From contig JAPYVP010000001.1 in NCBI GenBank assembly GCA_028276785.1, forward strand, positions 35,401 to 67,400: a stretch of DNA of 32,000 bases, written 5' to 3'. Shown one piece after another: positions 1-8,025 of the stretch. The stretch comes from Candidatus Nanopusillus sp. GTDB taxonomy: Archaea > Nanobdellota > Nanobdellia > Nanobdellales > Nanobdellaceae. Positions within the stretch are counted from its first letter, which is position 1. Every line of letters starts with the position of its first letter. The position numbers were made by a program, and so were the translations under genes. Under the pieces are notes generated by a model. That model was not told the origin of the DNA. It did no database searches and saw only the letters and a list, made by a program, of their open reading frames with translations.

Positions 1-1
1 G

Positions 2-694
2 GCAGGAGATATTGCGAAGGCAAAAGGAAAAAAATATGTAGAATCTGAAGATGTTATAGAAGCAAGAGAAAAAGCATTAACAATTGAAGAACAATTATCT
101 AAATACTATATTGAAAAAAAGAAAGAATATCAAATAATAAAAACTGAGGGATATGAAATTGGAAGGGTAAATGGTTTAGCGGTAATTGGATCAAGATTAT
201 ATTATTCAGGATTGGTATTACCTGTCGAAGCAGAAGTTGTACCTGGAGAAGGTAGTAAGGAAATTATTGCAACAGGAAATTTGGGAAAAATTGCAAAGGA
301 AGCAATAGTAAATGTATCTGCAGTAATAAAAAAGAAATTTGGAGAAGATTTGAAGAAATATAGAGTTCATGTTCAATTTTTGCAAACATATGAAGGTGTA
401 GAAGGAGATTCAGCTTCAATAACTGTTGCAACTGCAATAATATCTGCATTAAAAAATTGGCCGGTAAGACAAGATTTGGCAATGACAGGTTCTTTATCAA
501 TAAGGGGGGAAGTATTACCTGTTGGTGGTATAATAGCAAAAATAGAAGCAGCTATAGAATCTAAATTAAAAGAAGTTATAGTACCTGAAGGTAATTATAA
601 TGATATACCAGAAGATCTATTTGATAAAATAAGGATAACACCTGTAAAAACAATAGATGAAGTTATAGAAATTGCAACTGGTAGAAATATTTAA
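2..694 (+). CDS. lon: Archaeal Lon protease (LonB-type), C-terminal proteolytic domain; 5' end lies outside the window
   Basis: Frame 2 is open from the window edge ([26 protein letters not shown]...) into the listed ORF. Carries the Lon Ser-Lys dyad context [16 protein letters not shown] ... [24 protein letters not shown]. Confidence 0.9.
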   Translation, partial: AGDIAKAKGKKYVESEDVIEAREKALTIEEQLSKYYIEKKKEYQIIKTEGYEIGRVNGLAVIGSRLYYSGLVLPVEAEVVPGEGSKEIIATGNLGKIAKEAIVNVSAVIKKKFGEDLKKYRVHVQFLQTYEGVEGDSASITVATAIISALKNWPVRQDLAMTGSLSIRGEVLPVGGIIAKIEAAIESKLKEVIVPEGNYNDIPEDLFDKIRITPVKTIDEVIEIATGRNI

Positions 695-718
695 AAGTTT
701 TTTTATAAATGAATCTTT

Positions 719-3700
719 ATGAAAAAGATATATTTGCTATCATTTCTCTTGTTTTCATTATATTCAATATTTTCTCAAGGGTATAATATATGGCATTCAG
801 AATATTTATATAAACCAACAGCATTTTTAAGTATAAATTTATTAAATAATAATTTATCTGTAGGTCAAACATTATATTATAATGTATATATAAATTATAG
901 AGATATTTATTATATACCAAATGCATCATTAGTAATACAAATAATACAAAAAACCGATAATAATGGTATCTACCCATTCCAATTTACATCAAATAATCAA
1001 GTATATGAATATGTTATAAAAAACATATATTTACAACCAGGAGAATCTTTAAATATACAATTAAATTATACAATTCCGGATAATCTACCTTCCGGATATT
1101 ATTATGTTGTTGCATATTTGTACACACCTTTAAGCGAAATAGATGGTTTACCATTTATATATTATCCAGGAGTATATAAAGAATTTTATGTAAATAATCC
1201 AAATAATGTTCCGGAAATTTATATTATAAAAGATCATACATATTTAAGTTCTTCTGCAATATATACATGGGGTAGTTTATTATCATCATCAGGATATTAT
1301 TATTCTTCATTAAGTGGACCTACTGGTTATGGTGTTTCAAATTATATTAATTTAACAGTTGGTATATATTCAAGTATAGATACTAATGCTACTTTGAATA
1401 TTTTAATATCCCCATGGGATGATATTCTATATGATCCAATATATAATTATACTGAGGATATACAATTAAAGGAAGGATATAATACAATAAATATTCCATA
1501 TATAAATGTTGCAATATTGAATCCAAATGCATATTCATTAAAAATAAGTTTACTATATAATAATCAAACAAAATCTATATATAGATTAAGATTTATTGTT
1601 CTAGGTCCAACAACAAGATTGGGAGGTGTATATTTACAGGGTAACGGAAATTTAACATTTATAGTAGCCCCATCTCCAGATCATTATACATATCCAGTTA
1701 CTCCAAATGTAGTGGCAGAAGTATATTCAAATATACTTGGATTTAAAGAGAATATACAATTGGGAAATATAAGTTGGAATAATACTAAATTTACTTATGT
1801 AAATCTAAAGTTACCATTAAATTCTACCAGCTTTGATTTATGTATAAACTTATATTCTAATAATAATTTCTTGAATAATAATTTAAATTATGGTTATTGT
1901 ACATATTATTTCATAAATAAATCAAATACTTATGGAATTCCATTAGATAATTTAATTTATGTAAACTATACAAATAATTACTTCTACATATGTTCAAATA
2001 TTTCTGGAATATTAAATATAGGATACAATTCTGAATCAAACATAATATATACTACAAGTATAAATAATAATTGTTTAAATTATACATTGGATAATGGGGT
2101 TTACTATATTTCTTTCTATTCATCTCAATATTCAAATCAATGGGTAATAGATAATACAGTAATGCAAATTCCATATAATAAAAGTATAAACCAAACCCAA
2201 CCAATAAATAATGTACAAAACAATTATAATTATCCAAACTATTATTTAATAATATTAATAATTTTTGCTGTAATAATATTATTTATGATATTGAGAAGAA
2301 AAAAATTATTTATCTTTGCATTAGTTTTATTACCACTATTATTTAATGTAAATTCTCAGGAACTATATTTAAGTACAAGCCAAATATGTACACCATCAGA
2401 TTCATTAAATATAACAACAAGAGGATTTAATGGATCTGTAACAGTTTCTTATAAGTTTTATAATTCATCTAATGTTTCACAAATTTTCGCAAGTGGTAAT
2501 TATAGTTATTCAGGAAGTAATATATCTATTTATAATTATACAGTATACTTTAATAATTTACCATTAAATTTACCAAATAATATAAATTCTGCAATAATAA
2601 ATTATAATATAACTGTTAAAAATTGTACATCATCCAATTGTAGCCAATATTATTATAATGGATCAATATATTTAAATTATCCATATTATTTTGAATATTA
2701 TGCAAACCCCATATATCAAGGATCAAATGATGCTGGACGAATAATTCCAGGTTGTCCTTCTTCAAGTAGGTTATTAAATAGTACATACTTTAACTTTACA
2801 TTAATTTTTCCAAATGGAACGAGTGTAGTTACTAGAACAAATTGTCCTGGATCGGGAGATTCATACTGGGGTCAAAATTTATGTGATTTATATTTAAGTG
2901 ATTATACTAACGATGCTGGAAATTATACATATTATGGAAGATATTATTATAACAATATATCATTTAATCAATCATTTATTAATAATCCATTACAAGTATT
3001 AGTAGCCAATTCTGGAGAATTTACTACTCAATCATGTTCTCATGCATGGACAATAACCAGTGTTAGTTCAAATCCTATGTCTATATACTTTTCATATTAT
3101 GGACCATATTCAGGATCATATTATACATATTATAATGGAATATATGTTTTAGCGCAGAATACTTCTGTAGGATTTAATGTAAGTAGTGGATATAACATTT
3201 TGTGTAGTGATGGTGTTACAAGAAATAATATACCTTCTGTTGTTGCTTGGTTATATAGTTCAAATCAATATTATAATCCAAGTTCTTTCCAATATGTACA
3301 AGGTATATCGAATCTTCCATTTAATTTCACACAATACGGTATAAGTAGAAATATTGTTTATAATATATATCCAAATAAAGGATTATTAATATCAAAAAAT
3401 TTCCCATCTGGAGATTCTTACTTTACTTTGTATAATTTTAGTAATAATGCTGGTTATTATGTAATATATAGAGATTATATAAAAACAATATGTGATAATC
3501 CGGTGAATTATATATGTGATGCAAATGGAAATTTGTGTAATATTAGTTATATAACTGGACAGGCACAAGGATGGTTACCAATATCTCCAGAACCCGGATA
3601 TTATTTATTAGTAATAAATCCAAATGCTACTGTATACTTACAAAATGTAACGTATTATCCATATATTTACAATGTAGATCCAGGTGTTGCAATTTATATC

Positions 3701-4981
3701 GGTAATATATCTAACGTTGGAATTGGAAATCTTACAATAATTGTAAACCAAACACTTCCAGCTAAATCAATGAGCTTCTTATTACAACAGCAACAAAATT
3801 CACCACTATATATTTATTTCCCAACAAATTTATGTCCACATTATGACTGTAGAATAAATTATAGTGTAACATATCAAAATGCGTATGGATTGACAGTTTA
3901 TCCTTCAGTAACATATTACGGATATGTAGATATCAAATGGAATACATTAAATATATATACTAATCCATCATTAACGCAGATAACATATGGAAAACCATCA
4001 AACATAACATTGGCAATACAAAATACAGGACCAGTACCTGCTAAAAACATATCCGTACAAAATGTATATTATAATCCAAATTGTATACAGGTATTAAATA
4101 CTGGTGGTCAGATAGATTCATTAGATACGAATAGCATAGGTTATTTAAATGTAGAAATTAATATAACAAATCTATATTGTTCTTCACAGGATTATAATAT
4201 AACGTTTACAATTTATGGATGGAATACCTACATATATAATTATTCAATAATATTACCAGTAAGTTATATAATTTCTCCACCAAACGGAGCACAATTACAA
4301 TCATTAACAACATTCAATATAGTAGATAAGAATGCACAAGAATGTTATATAATATTTAATGGAGCTCAATTCTCTAGAAATTGTGATTCAAATTTTGTAT
4401 ATCAACAATATATGTGTGCAGGATCATTATGTAATACGCAAATTCAATCAGTAAATAATTATGCAAAGTTCTTTGGAAATTATATGTACTATAATTATTT
4501 AATGAATCAAACATCAATAATAGGAATAGCAGTTCCAACAAATGTAATAGGTTTATATGTAGGACAAGAATATGAATATATAATCTTGATAAAGAATTTA
4601 GTACCAACAAATATTCAATGTTCTCTGACACCAATTCCATCAACCACAAATAATAATGCAATTGTTACTAACTATAGTGTAAATGGTGTAAATAATAATG
4701 TGTTTACTATAAGTCCTTACGGATCTTCAGAATTAAACATAAGAATCTTGGGAGCTTCTAGTGGTGTAAGTAATTTAATATATGGCATATCATGTAATTC
4801 TACATATGGGTCTTCAACATTTAGTACTCAAGTTCCAATATACATATTGGGACCAAATAATGTAATAGCCAATTATACGCAACCTTCTCAAATAGTAGTA
4901 TCTGAAGGAGTATCTTTAACAGATTTAATTGGAATTGGAAGTTTAATATTGGGATTATTTGTTTTGCTTAGTATAATCTAA
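719..4981 (+). CDS. Giant (1420 aa) secreted/membrane-anchored surface glycoprotein candidate (S-layer- or adhesin-like) with two ectodomains
   Basis: N-terminal Sec-type signal MKKIYLLSFLLFSLYSIFSQG. Dozens of N-x-S/T sequons and N/Y/S/T-rich composition. Internal TM plus second signal-like segment near residues 508-546. C-terminal hydrophobic anchor LIGIGSLILGLFVLLSII. Several beta-sandwich-like (CARDB-like) stretches, e.g. GKPSNITLAIQNTGPVPAKNISVQNVYYN. The second half is Cys-rich. No confident family assignment. Confidence 0.8.
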   Translation: MKKIYLLSFLLFSLYSIFSQGYNIWHSEYLYKPTAFLSINLLNNNLSVGQTLYYNVYINYRDIYYIPNASLVIQIIQKTDNNGIYPFQFTSNNQVYEYVIKNIYLQPGESLNIQLNYTIPDNLPSGYYYVVAYLYTPLSEIDGLPFIYYPGVYKEFYVNNPNNVPEIYIIKDHTYLSSSAIYTWGSLLSSSGYYYSSLSGPTGYGVSNYINLTVGIYSSIDTNATLNILISPWDDILYDPIYNYTEDIQLKEGYNTINIPYINVAILNPNAYSLKISLLYNNQTKSIYRLRFIVLGPTTRLGGVYLQGNGNLTFIVAPSPDHYTYPVTPNVVAEVYSNILGFKENIQLGNISWNNTKFTYVNLKLPLNSTSFDLCINLYSNNNFLNNNLNYGYCTYYFINKSNTYGIPLDNLIYVNYTNNYFYICSNISGILNIGYNSESNIIYTTSINNNCLNYTLDNGVYYISFYSSQYSNQWVIDNTVMQIPYNKSINQTQPINNVQNNYNYPNYYLIILIIFAVIILFMILRRKKLFIFALVLLPLLFNVNSQELYLSTSQICTPSDSLNITTRGFNGSVTVSYKFYNSSNVSQIFASGNYSYSGSNISIYNYTVYFNNLPLNLPNNINSAIINYNITVKNCTSSNCSQYYYNGSIYLNYPYYFEYYANPIYQGSNDAGRIIPGCPSSSRLLNSTYFNFTLIFPNGTSVVTRTNCPGSGDSYWGQNLCDLYLSDYTNDAGNYTYYGRYYYNNISFNQSFINNPLQVLVANSGEFTTQSCSHAWTITSVSSNPMSIYFSYYGPYSGSYYTYYNGIYVLAQNTSVGFNVSSGYNILCSDGVTRNNIPSVVAWLYSSNQYYNPSSFQYVQGISNLPFNFTQYGISRNIVYNIYPNKGLLISKNFPSGDSYFTLYNFSNNAGYYVIYRDYIKTICDNPVNYICDANGNLCNISYITGQAQGWLPISPEPGYYLLVINPNATVYLQNVTYYPYIYNVDPGVAIYIGNISNVGIGNLTIIVNQTLPAKSMSFLLQQQQNSPLYIYFPTNLCPHYDCRINYSVTYQNAYGLTVYPSVTYYGYVDIKWNTLNIYTNPSLTQITYGKPSNITLAIQNTGPVPAKNISVQNVYYNPNCIQVLNTGGQIDSLDTNSIGYLNVEINITNLYCSSQDYNITFTIYGWNTYIYNYSIILPVSYIISPPNGAQLQSLTTFNIVDKNAQECYIIFNGAQFSRNCDSNFVYQQYMCAGSLCNTQIQSVNNYAKFFGNYMYYNYLMNQTSIIGIAVPTNVIGLYVGQEYEYIILIKNLVPTNIQCSLTPIPSTTNNNAIVTNYSVNGVNNNVFTISPYGSSELNIRILGASSGVSNLIYGISCNSTYGSSTFSTQVPIYILGPNNVIANYTQPSQIVVSEGVSLTDLIGIGSLILGLFVLLSII
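2240..2356 (+). other. Internal TM helix - RRKK - signal-peptide-like segment inside the 1420-aa ORF (possible processing or internal initiation site)
   Basis: YYLIILIIFAVIILFMIL-RRKK-LFIFALVLLPLLFNVNS|QE. In-frame ATG (Met523) at 2285 would give MILRRKKLFIFALVLLPLLFNVNSQ, a textbook n-h-c signal peptide. A7 homopolymer at 2299-2305. Confidence 0.6.
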
Positions 4982-5245
4982 TTTTTTTAACTTCTTTCTT
5001 ATTTCTAATATTGCATCATGAATTGCAGCACCAAGAAACAAAGATGTTAATATATGTAATTCATATAAATATGTTAACATTCCGATTATTGATAAATATA
5101 CATGGTGAACTTTTGCCCTATATTTTTTCGTCCGTGTTTTAATTTCAATAAATAATTCTGGCGAAAATTTTTTAATTATATAATCTGCTGAGAAATATCC
5201 CGCCAAGAATGATAAACTATAAGTTATTGCAATAATATCGCCCAT
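4955..5245 (-). CDS. Small hypothetical membrane protein (96 aa, about 2-3 hydrophobic segments)
   Basis: ORF with hydrophobic segments (IIAITYSLSFLAGYF, VYLSIIGMLTYLY, ILTSLFLGAAI) and a TATA-like element about 27 nt upstream of its ATG. Overlaps the convergent 3' end of the surface protein gene by 27 nt. No recognisable family. Confidence 0.5.
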   Translation of the reverse strand: MGDIIAITYSLSFLAGYFSADYIIKKFSPELFIEIKTRTKKYRAKVHHVYLSIIGMLTYLYELHILTSLFLGAAIHDAILEIRKKLKKLDYTKQNK

Positions 5246-5266
5246 TTTATAATAATGTCATTCATT

Positions 5267-5278
5267 ATTTTAAAAAAT
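5267..5278. promoter_or_regulatory. Candidate shared TATA element for the divergent pair 4955..5245(-) / rps24e(+)
   Basis: ATTTTAAAAAAT lies in the middle of the 54-nt spacer, about 26.5 nt from the minus-strand ATG (5245) and about 28.5 nt from the plus-strand ATG (5300). Confidence 0.4.
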
Positions 5279-5299
5279 TATATCATATAAATTAATTAC

Positions 5300-5584
5300 A
5301 TGGATCTAAAAATAATAAGTAGGGAAAATAATCAATTATTGAATAGAGAAGAAATTATTGTTTTGATAGATCATAAAAATGAACCAACACCAAAGAGGGA
5401 TGATATAAGGGAAAAAATTTCAGCAATGATTGGAAAAAATAAAAACTTAATTGTGGTAGAAAAAATATTGACAGAATTTGGAAAACAAAGATCAAAAGCA
5501 TTTGTAAATGTATATCAAAATGAGGAGGATATGAAAAAATTAGAGCCAAAACATATATTAAAAAGGAATAAGATTATACAATGA
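5300..5584 (+). CDS. rps24e: 30S ribosomal protein S24e
   Basis: 94 aa of typical eS24 length and sequence (NQLLNREEIIVLIDH...PTPKRDDIREKISAMIG...FGKQRSKAFVNVY). Followed by S27ae with a 4-nt overlap, the conserved archaeal pairing. Confidence 0.9.
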   Translation: MDLKIISRENNQLLNREEIIVLIDHKNEPTPKRDDIREKISAMIGKNKNLIVVEKILTEFGKQRSKAFVNVYQNEEDMKKLEPKHILKRNKIIQ

Positions 5585-5784
5585 GCAAAGAGAAAGATTT
5601 GAGAATATTAAAATTATACAAGGTTGAAGAAAATAAGGTAATTAGGTTAAAAAAAGTTTGCCCAAAATGTGGAAGATTTATGGCAGAACATAAAGATAGA
5701 TATCATTGTGGATATTGTGGATATACAGAATTTAAGCAAAAAATAGAAAAAAGATATATAAAGGAAATTGGAATACAAATATAG
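5581..5784 (+). CDS. rps27ae: 30S ribosomal protein S27ae (zinc ribbon)
   Basis: CPKCGRFMAEHKDRYHCGYCGYTE is the C4 zinc-ribbon signature of eS31/S27ae. Position immediately after rps24e. Confidence 0.9.
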   Translation: MSKEKDLRILKLYKVEENKVIRLKKVCPKCGRFMAEHKDRYHCGYCGYTEFKQKIEKRYIKEIGIQI

Positions 5785-6088
5785 TATAAAATATTTTGGT
5801 CCTATTAGATCTTTTATTGGTTTAATGTTTCAATTGCCAAAAAAAGATACTATATATATTTTAGATCTAAAAAAAGATGTTGAAGGAGGGTTTGTTCACA
5901 CATTCTTTTGTTTAAAACCATTGGACATTTATCTATATAACTCAAATTTCGAATTAGTTCAATATTATAAAAAATTAAAGCCATTTAGAATTATAGTTCC
6001 AAAGAAAAAATTTAGATATATAATTGAAGGTTTGGATATAAATGATGATATGTTAAACTATTCAATAGAATATTTAAAATCTCTGTAA
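5768..6088 (+). CDS. DUF192-like small protein (COG1430-type)
   Basis: IGLMFQ ... VHTFFCLKPLDIYLYNSNFELV resembles the DUF192 pattern GLM(f/g) ... hMknt..PLDiiF.d..g.vv. Assignment from motif recall only. Confidence 0.5.
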   Translation: MEYKYSIKYFGPIRSFIGLMFQLPKKDTIYILDLKKDVEGGFVHTFFCLKPLDIYLYNSNFELVQYYKKLKPFRIIVPKKKFRYIIEGLDINDDMLNYSIEYLKSL

Positions 6089-6460
6089 ATTATTAGTTAA
6101 TATTTCTATCTCTATAAACAATCTATCTATTAAACTTTTTACTTCTTTTATTCCATTATTTATCTGTCCAAGAATTTCTATTTTTATACTTGGTGTTATG
6201 TAAGGGTTTTTACTTATTTCTTTATAATATAGAGTTATATAATCCTTTATACTTTCCAAAACACCTATTAATAACTTCATTGAATTTATTAAATTATTAA
6301 TTTCTTGCATTTGATAATTATATAAATAGTAAGGGTTCTCATTAAAATTTTTTTCATATGCATTTAAACTTTCTAATTGCAAAATATTGCTATTTATTTG
6401 TGATAGTAAATTCTTGATTTGGGCTAATAATTGATTTTCTAAATCTTGAATATTATCCAT
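6074..6460 (-). CDS. Hypothetical coiled-coil protein (128 aa)
   Basis: ORF with heptad-like, Q/N/L/I/E-rich sequence and no TM. Lies downstream of udg and the C/D sRNA on the same strand. No family recognised. Confidence 0.5.
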   Translation of the reverse strand: MDNIQDLENQLLAQIKNLLSQINSNILQLESLNAYEKNFNENPYYLYNYQMQEINNLINSMKLLIGVLESIKDYITLYYKEISKNPYITPSIKIEILGQINNGIKEVKSLIDRLFIEIEILTNNLQRF

Positions 6461-6493
6461 AATTAATTAATATTTTAACTATCTTATATTTTT

Positions 6494-6544
6494 TCAGGGA
6501 GGAGGTGTATTCATCATTTATTCAGTCGCGCGCAACATCATCAT
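6494..6544 (-). ncRNA. C/D box sRNA (2'-O-methylation guide), complete core
   Basis: Minus strand reads AUGAUGA (C, 6544-6538) - UGUUGCGCGCGA (12 nt) - CUGA (D', 6525-6522) - AUAA - AUGAUGA (C', 6517-6511) - AUACACCUCCUCC (13 nt) - CUGA (D, 6497-6494). Spacing is canonical, and it is a GC-rich island in an AT-rich spacer. Confidence 0.8.
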
Positions 6545-7155
6545 ATAAATTTTAATATTCCCTCCTTTTTATCTTTATTTAATATTTCTTTTATTGTTTT
6601 AAAATCTTGATCAAAATATTCTCTCCATTCTTTATGATATAATGTAGATGCTGGGTGTAATGTTGGTATTATTGTGATATTTTTTCCCCATTTATTTACT
6701 TTGAATATTTTTCCCCTTAATTTTGTTATTGAAGAAAATTTTAATTTGAAATAATTGAAAATCCATTTTGTTGAATAATGACCTAAAGTTACTATTATTT
6801 CCGGCTGAATTATTTCTAATTGTTTTTCTAACCAAAAAGAACATGCTTTTATTTCTTCTTCTTTCGGTTCTCTATTTTCCGGAGGTCTACATTTAACAAC
6901 ATTGGTTATATATACATCACTTCTATCCATGTTTAATATATTTTTTATATTTTCATTCAATACTTGTCCAGCTTTTCCAACAAATGGTTTTCCCTGTTTA
7001 TCTTCTTCCCTACCAGGTGCTTCTCCTATAAATAATATCCTAGAATTTGGATTACCGTCTCCAGGAACATAATTTGTTTTATATTTATATAAAGGACATC
7101 TGGTACATTCTGATATTTGATTATTTAGTTCATCAATCATCTTTCTTTTATCCAT
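6541..7155 (-). CDS. udg: Uracil-DNA glycosylase, family 4 (Fe-S type)
   Basis: CTRCPL...[39 protein letters not shown]...[10 protein letters not shown]...IKACSFWL...HPAS. Family-4 UDG motifs and the four cluster cysteines are present. Confidence 0.9.
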   Translation of the reverse strand: MDKRKMIDELNNQISECTRCPLYKYKTNYVPGDGNPNSRILFIGEAPGREEDKQGKPFVGKAGQVLNENIKNILNMDRSDVYITNVVKCRPPENREPKEEEIKACSFWLEKQLEIIQPEIIVTLGHYSTKWIFNYFKLKFSSITKLRGKIFKVNKWGKNITIIPTLHPASTLYHKEWREYFDQDFKTIKEILNKDKKEGILKFI

Positions 7156-7188
7156 TAAAAATATAAGTATGATAATTATTTTAGTTTA

Positions 7189-8025
7189 ATGTTTGCACAT
7201 GCTCAAGGTGAATATAATGAATCAAAATGGATAATTATTGGAATTCCATCAGAAATTGGTAGTTTATCACATGTAAAAAATTATATTGAAGGGCCTGAAT
7301 CCATTAGAGATGCATCTTACAGAATATTTTCTCCAATATTTGGGGAAATAAATATGGAAGATATATATGACTATGGAGATATAGATTTGGAAGATATAAA
7401 GGATCTGGATAAATTATATGAAAAAATATATAAAGAAATTAAAAAAATATATAGGAAAGATAAAAAGTACATATTTTTAGGAGGAGATCATTCAATAACA
7501 TATCCAATATTAAAAGTTATTAAAGAAAACTGGGGGGATTTTTACTTATTGTATTTTGATGCCCATCCAGATATTCACCCCGACCCATATCCAAATTATC
7601 AAAGTTTTATTTATCATTTAATAAAGGAAAATTATATTGAACCTGAAAAAATTATTTATGTTGGTATATCTAATTTATCGTTCGAAGAAAAAAATATAAT
7701 AAAGGAGTGGGTGATAAGATATTATAATCCTTTGGATGTTTGGGATAATATAAAAGAAATTTCAAAGGAGATATCAAATATATTAGAAAATAAAAATTTA
7801 TATATTTCAGTTGATATAGATGTATTTGATACAGGATGTGGACATTGGTTAGAAGGTATTGGAATCAGACCATATCATTATTTTAAGATTATAAAAGAAT
7901 TAAGAAATATAAATTTAATTGGTTTTGATTTAGTAGAATTATTTTCAAACGAAGTATGTGATAATTTGGCTGCAAAAATTGTCATTGAATCGATAGCAAT
8001 CTTTAATAAATCTATGCAATCATGA
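7189..8025 (+). CDS. speB: Agmatinase / ureohydrolase (arginase family)
   Basis: Metal-ligand motifs GGDHSITYP, FDAHPDIHPD and SVDIDVFD are present. 278 aa. The segment after DxDxxD (TGCGHWLEG) diverges from the usual P..aPG.g. Confidence 0.8.
   Translation: MFAHAQGEYNESKWIIIGIPSEIGSLSHVKNYIEGPESIRDASYRIFSPIFGEINMEDIYDYGDIDLEDIKDLDKLYEKIYKEIKKIYRKDKKYIFLGGDHSITYPILKVIKENWGDFYLLYFDAHPDIHPDPYPNYQSFIYHLIKENYIEPEKIIYVGISNLSFEEKNIIKEWVIRYYNPLDVWDNIKEISKEISNILENKNLYISVDIDVFDTGCGHWLEGIGIRPYHYFKIIKELRNINLIGFDLVELFSNEVCDNLAAKIVIESIAIFNKSMQS

Noticed and set aside
264-539. Antisense ORFs nested inside confidently assigned genes. Coordinates: 264-539, 717-977, 1389-1571, 2052-2237, 4374-4661, 5355-5549, 8835-9023, 15217-15411, 17840-18139, 20203-20454, 22710-23099, 22838-23056, 23412-23690, 24517-24774, 26384-26572, 26410-26598, 27432-27638, 27816-28133, 28130-28324, 29413-29658, 30086-30331, 31235-31438, 31498-31857.
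   Set aside because: All lie opposite or out of frame to genes with clear homology or strong structural logic. Their translations are low-complexity L/I/F/Y/N strings typical of shadow frames in AT-rich DNA. None has a promoter-like spacing of its own.
701-709. TTTTATAAA upstream of the 1420-aa gene as its TATA box.
   Set aside because: It is centred only about 14 nt from the ATG, too close for the ~26-nt spacing seen elsewhere. The N-terminal signal peptide fixes the start codon. The gene may be co-transcribed with lon or use a promoter inside the lon 3' end, so I do not annotate it.
6074-6460. The 128-aa coiled-coil protein as prefoldin or a cell-division (CdvA/ESCRT-like) factor.
   Set aside because: It shows only generic heptad character. 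No family-specific motif is recognisable by eye, so it is kept as hypothetical.
6495-6570. GGAGG ... CCTCC complementarity (AGGAGG near 6500-6505 versus CCTCCT near 6563-6568), considered as a terminator hairpin or Shine-Dalgarno element.
   Set aside because: The 5' arm is the D-guide of the C/D box sRNA on the opposite strand and the 3' arm lies inside the udg coding sequence. The pairing is only 6 bp across a loop of about 55 nt, so the sRNA explains the sequence better.
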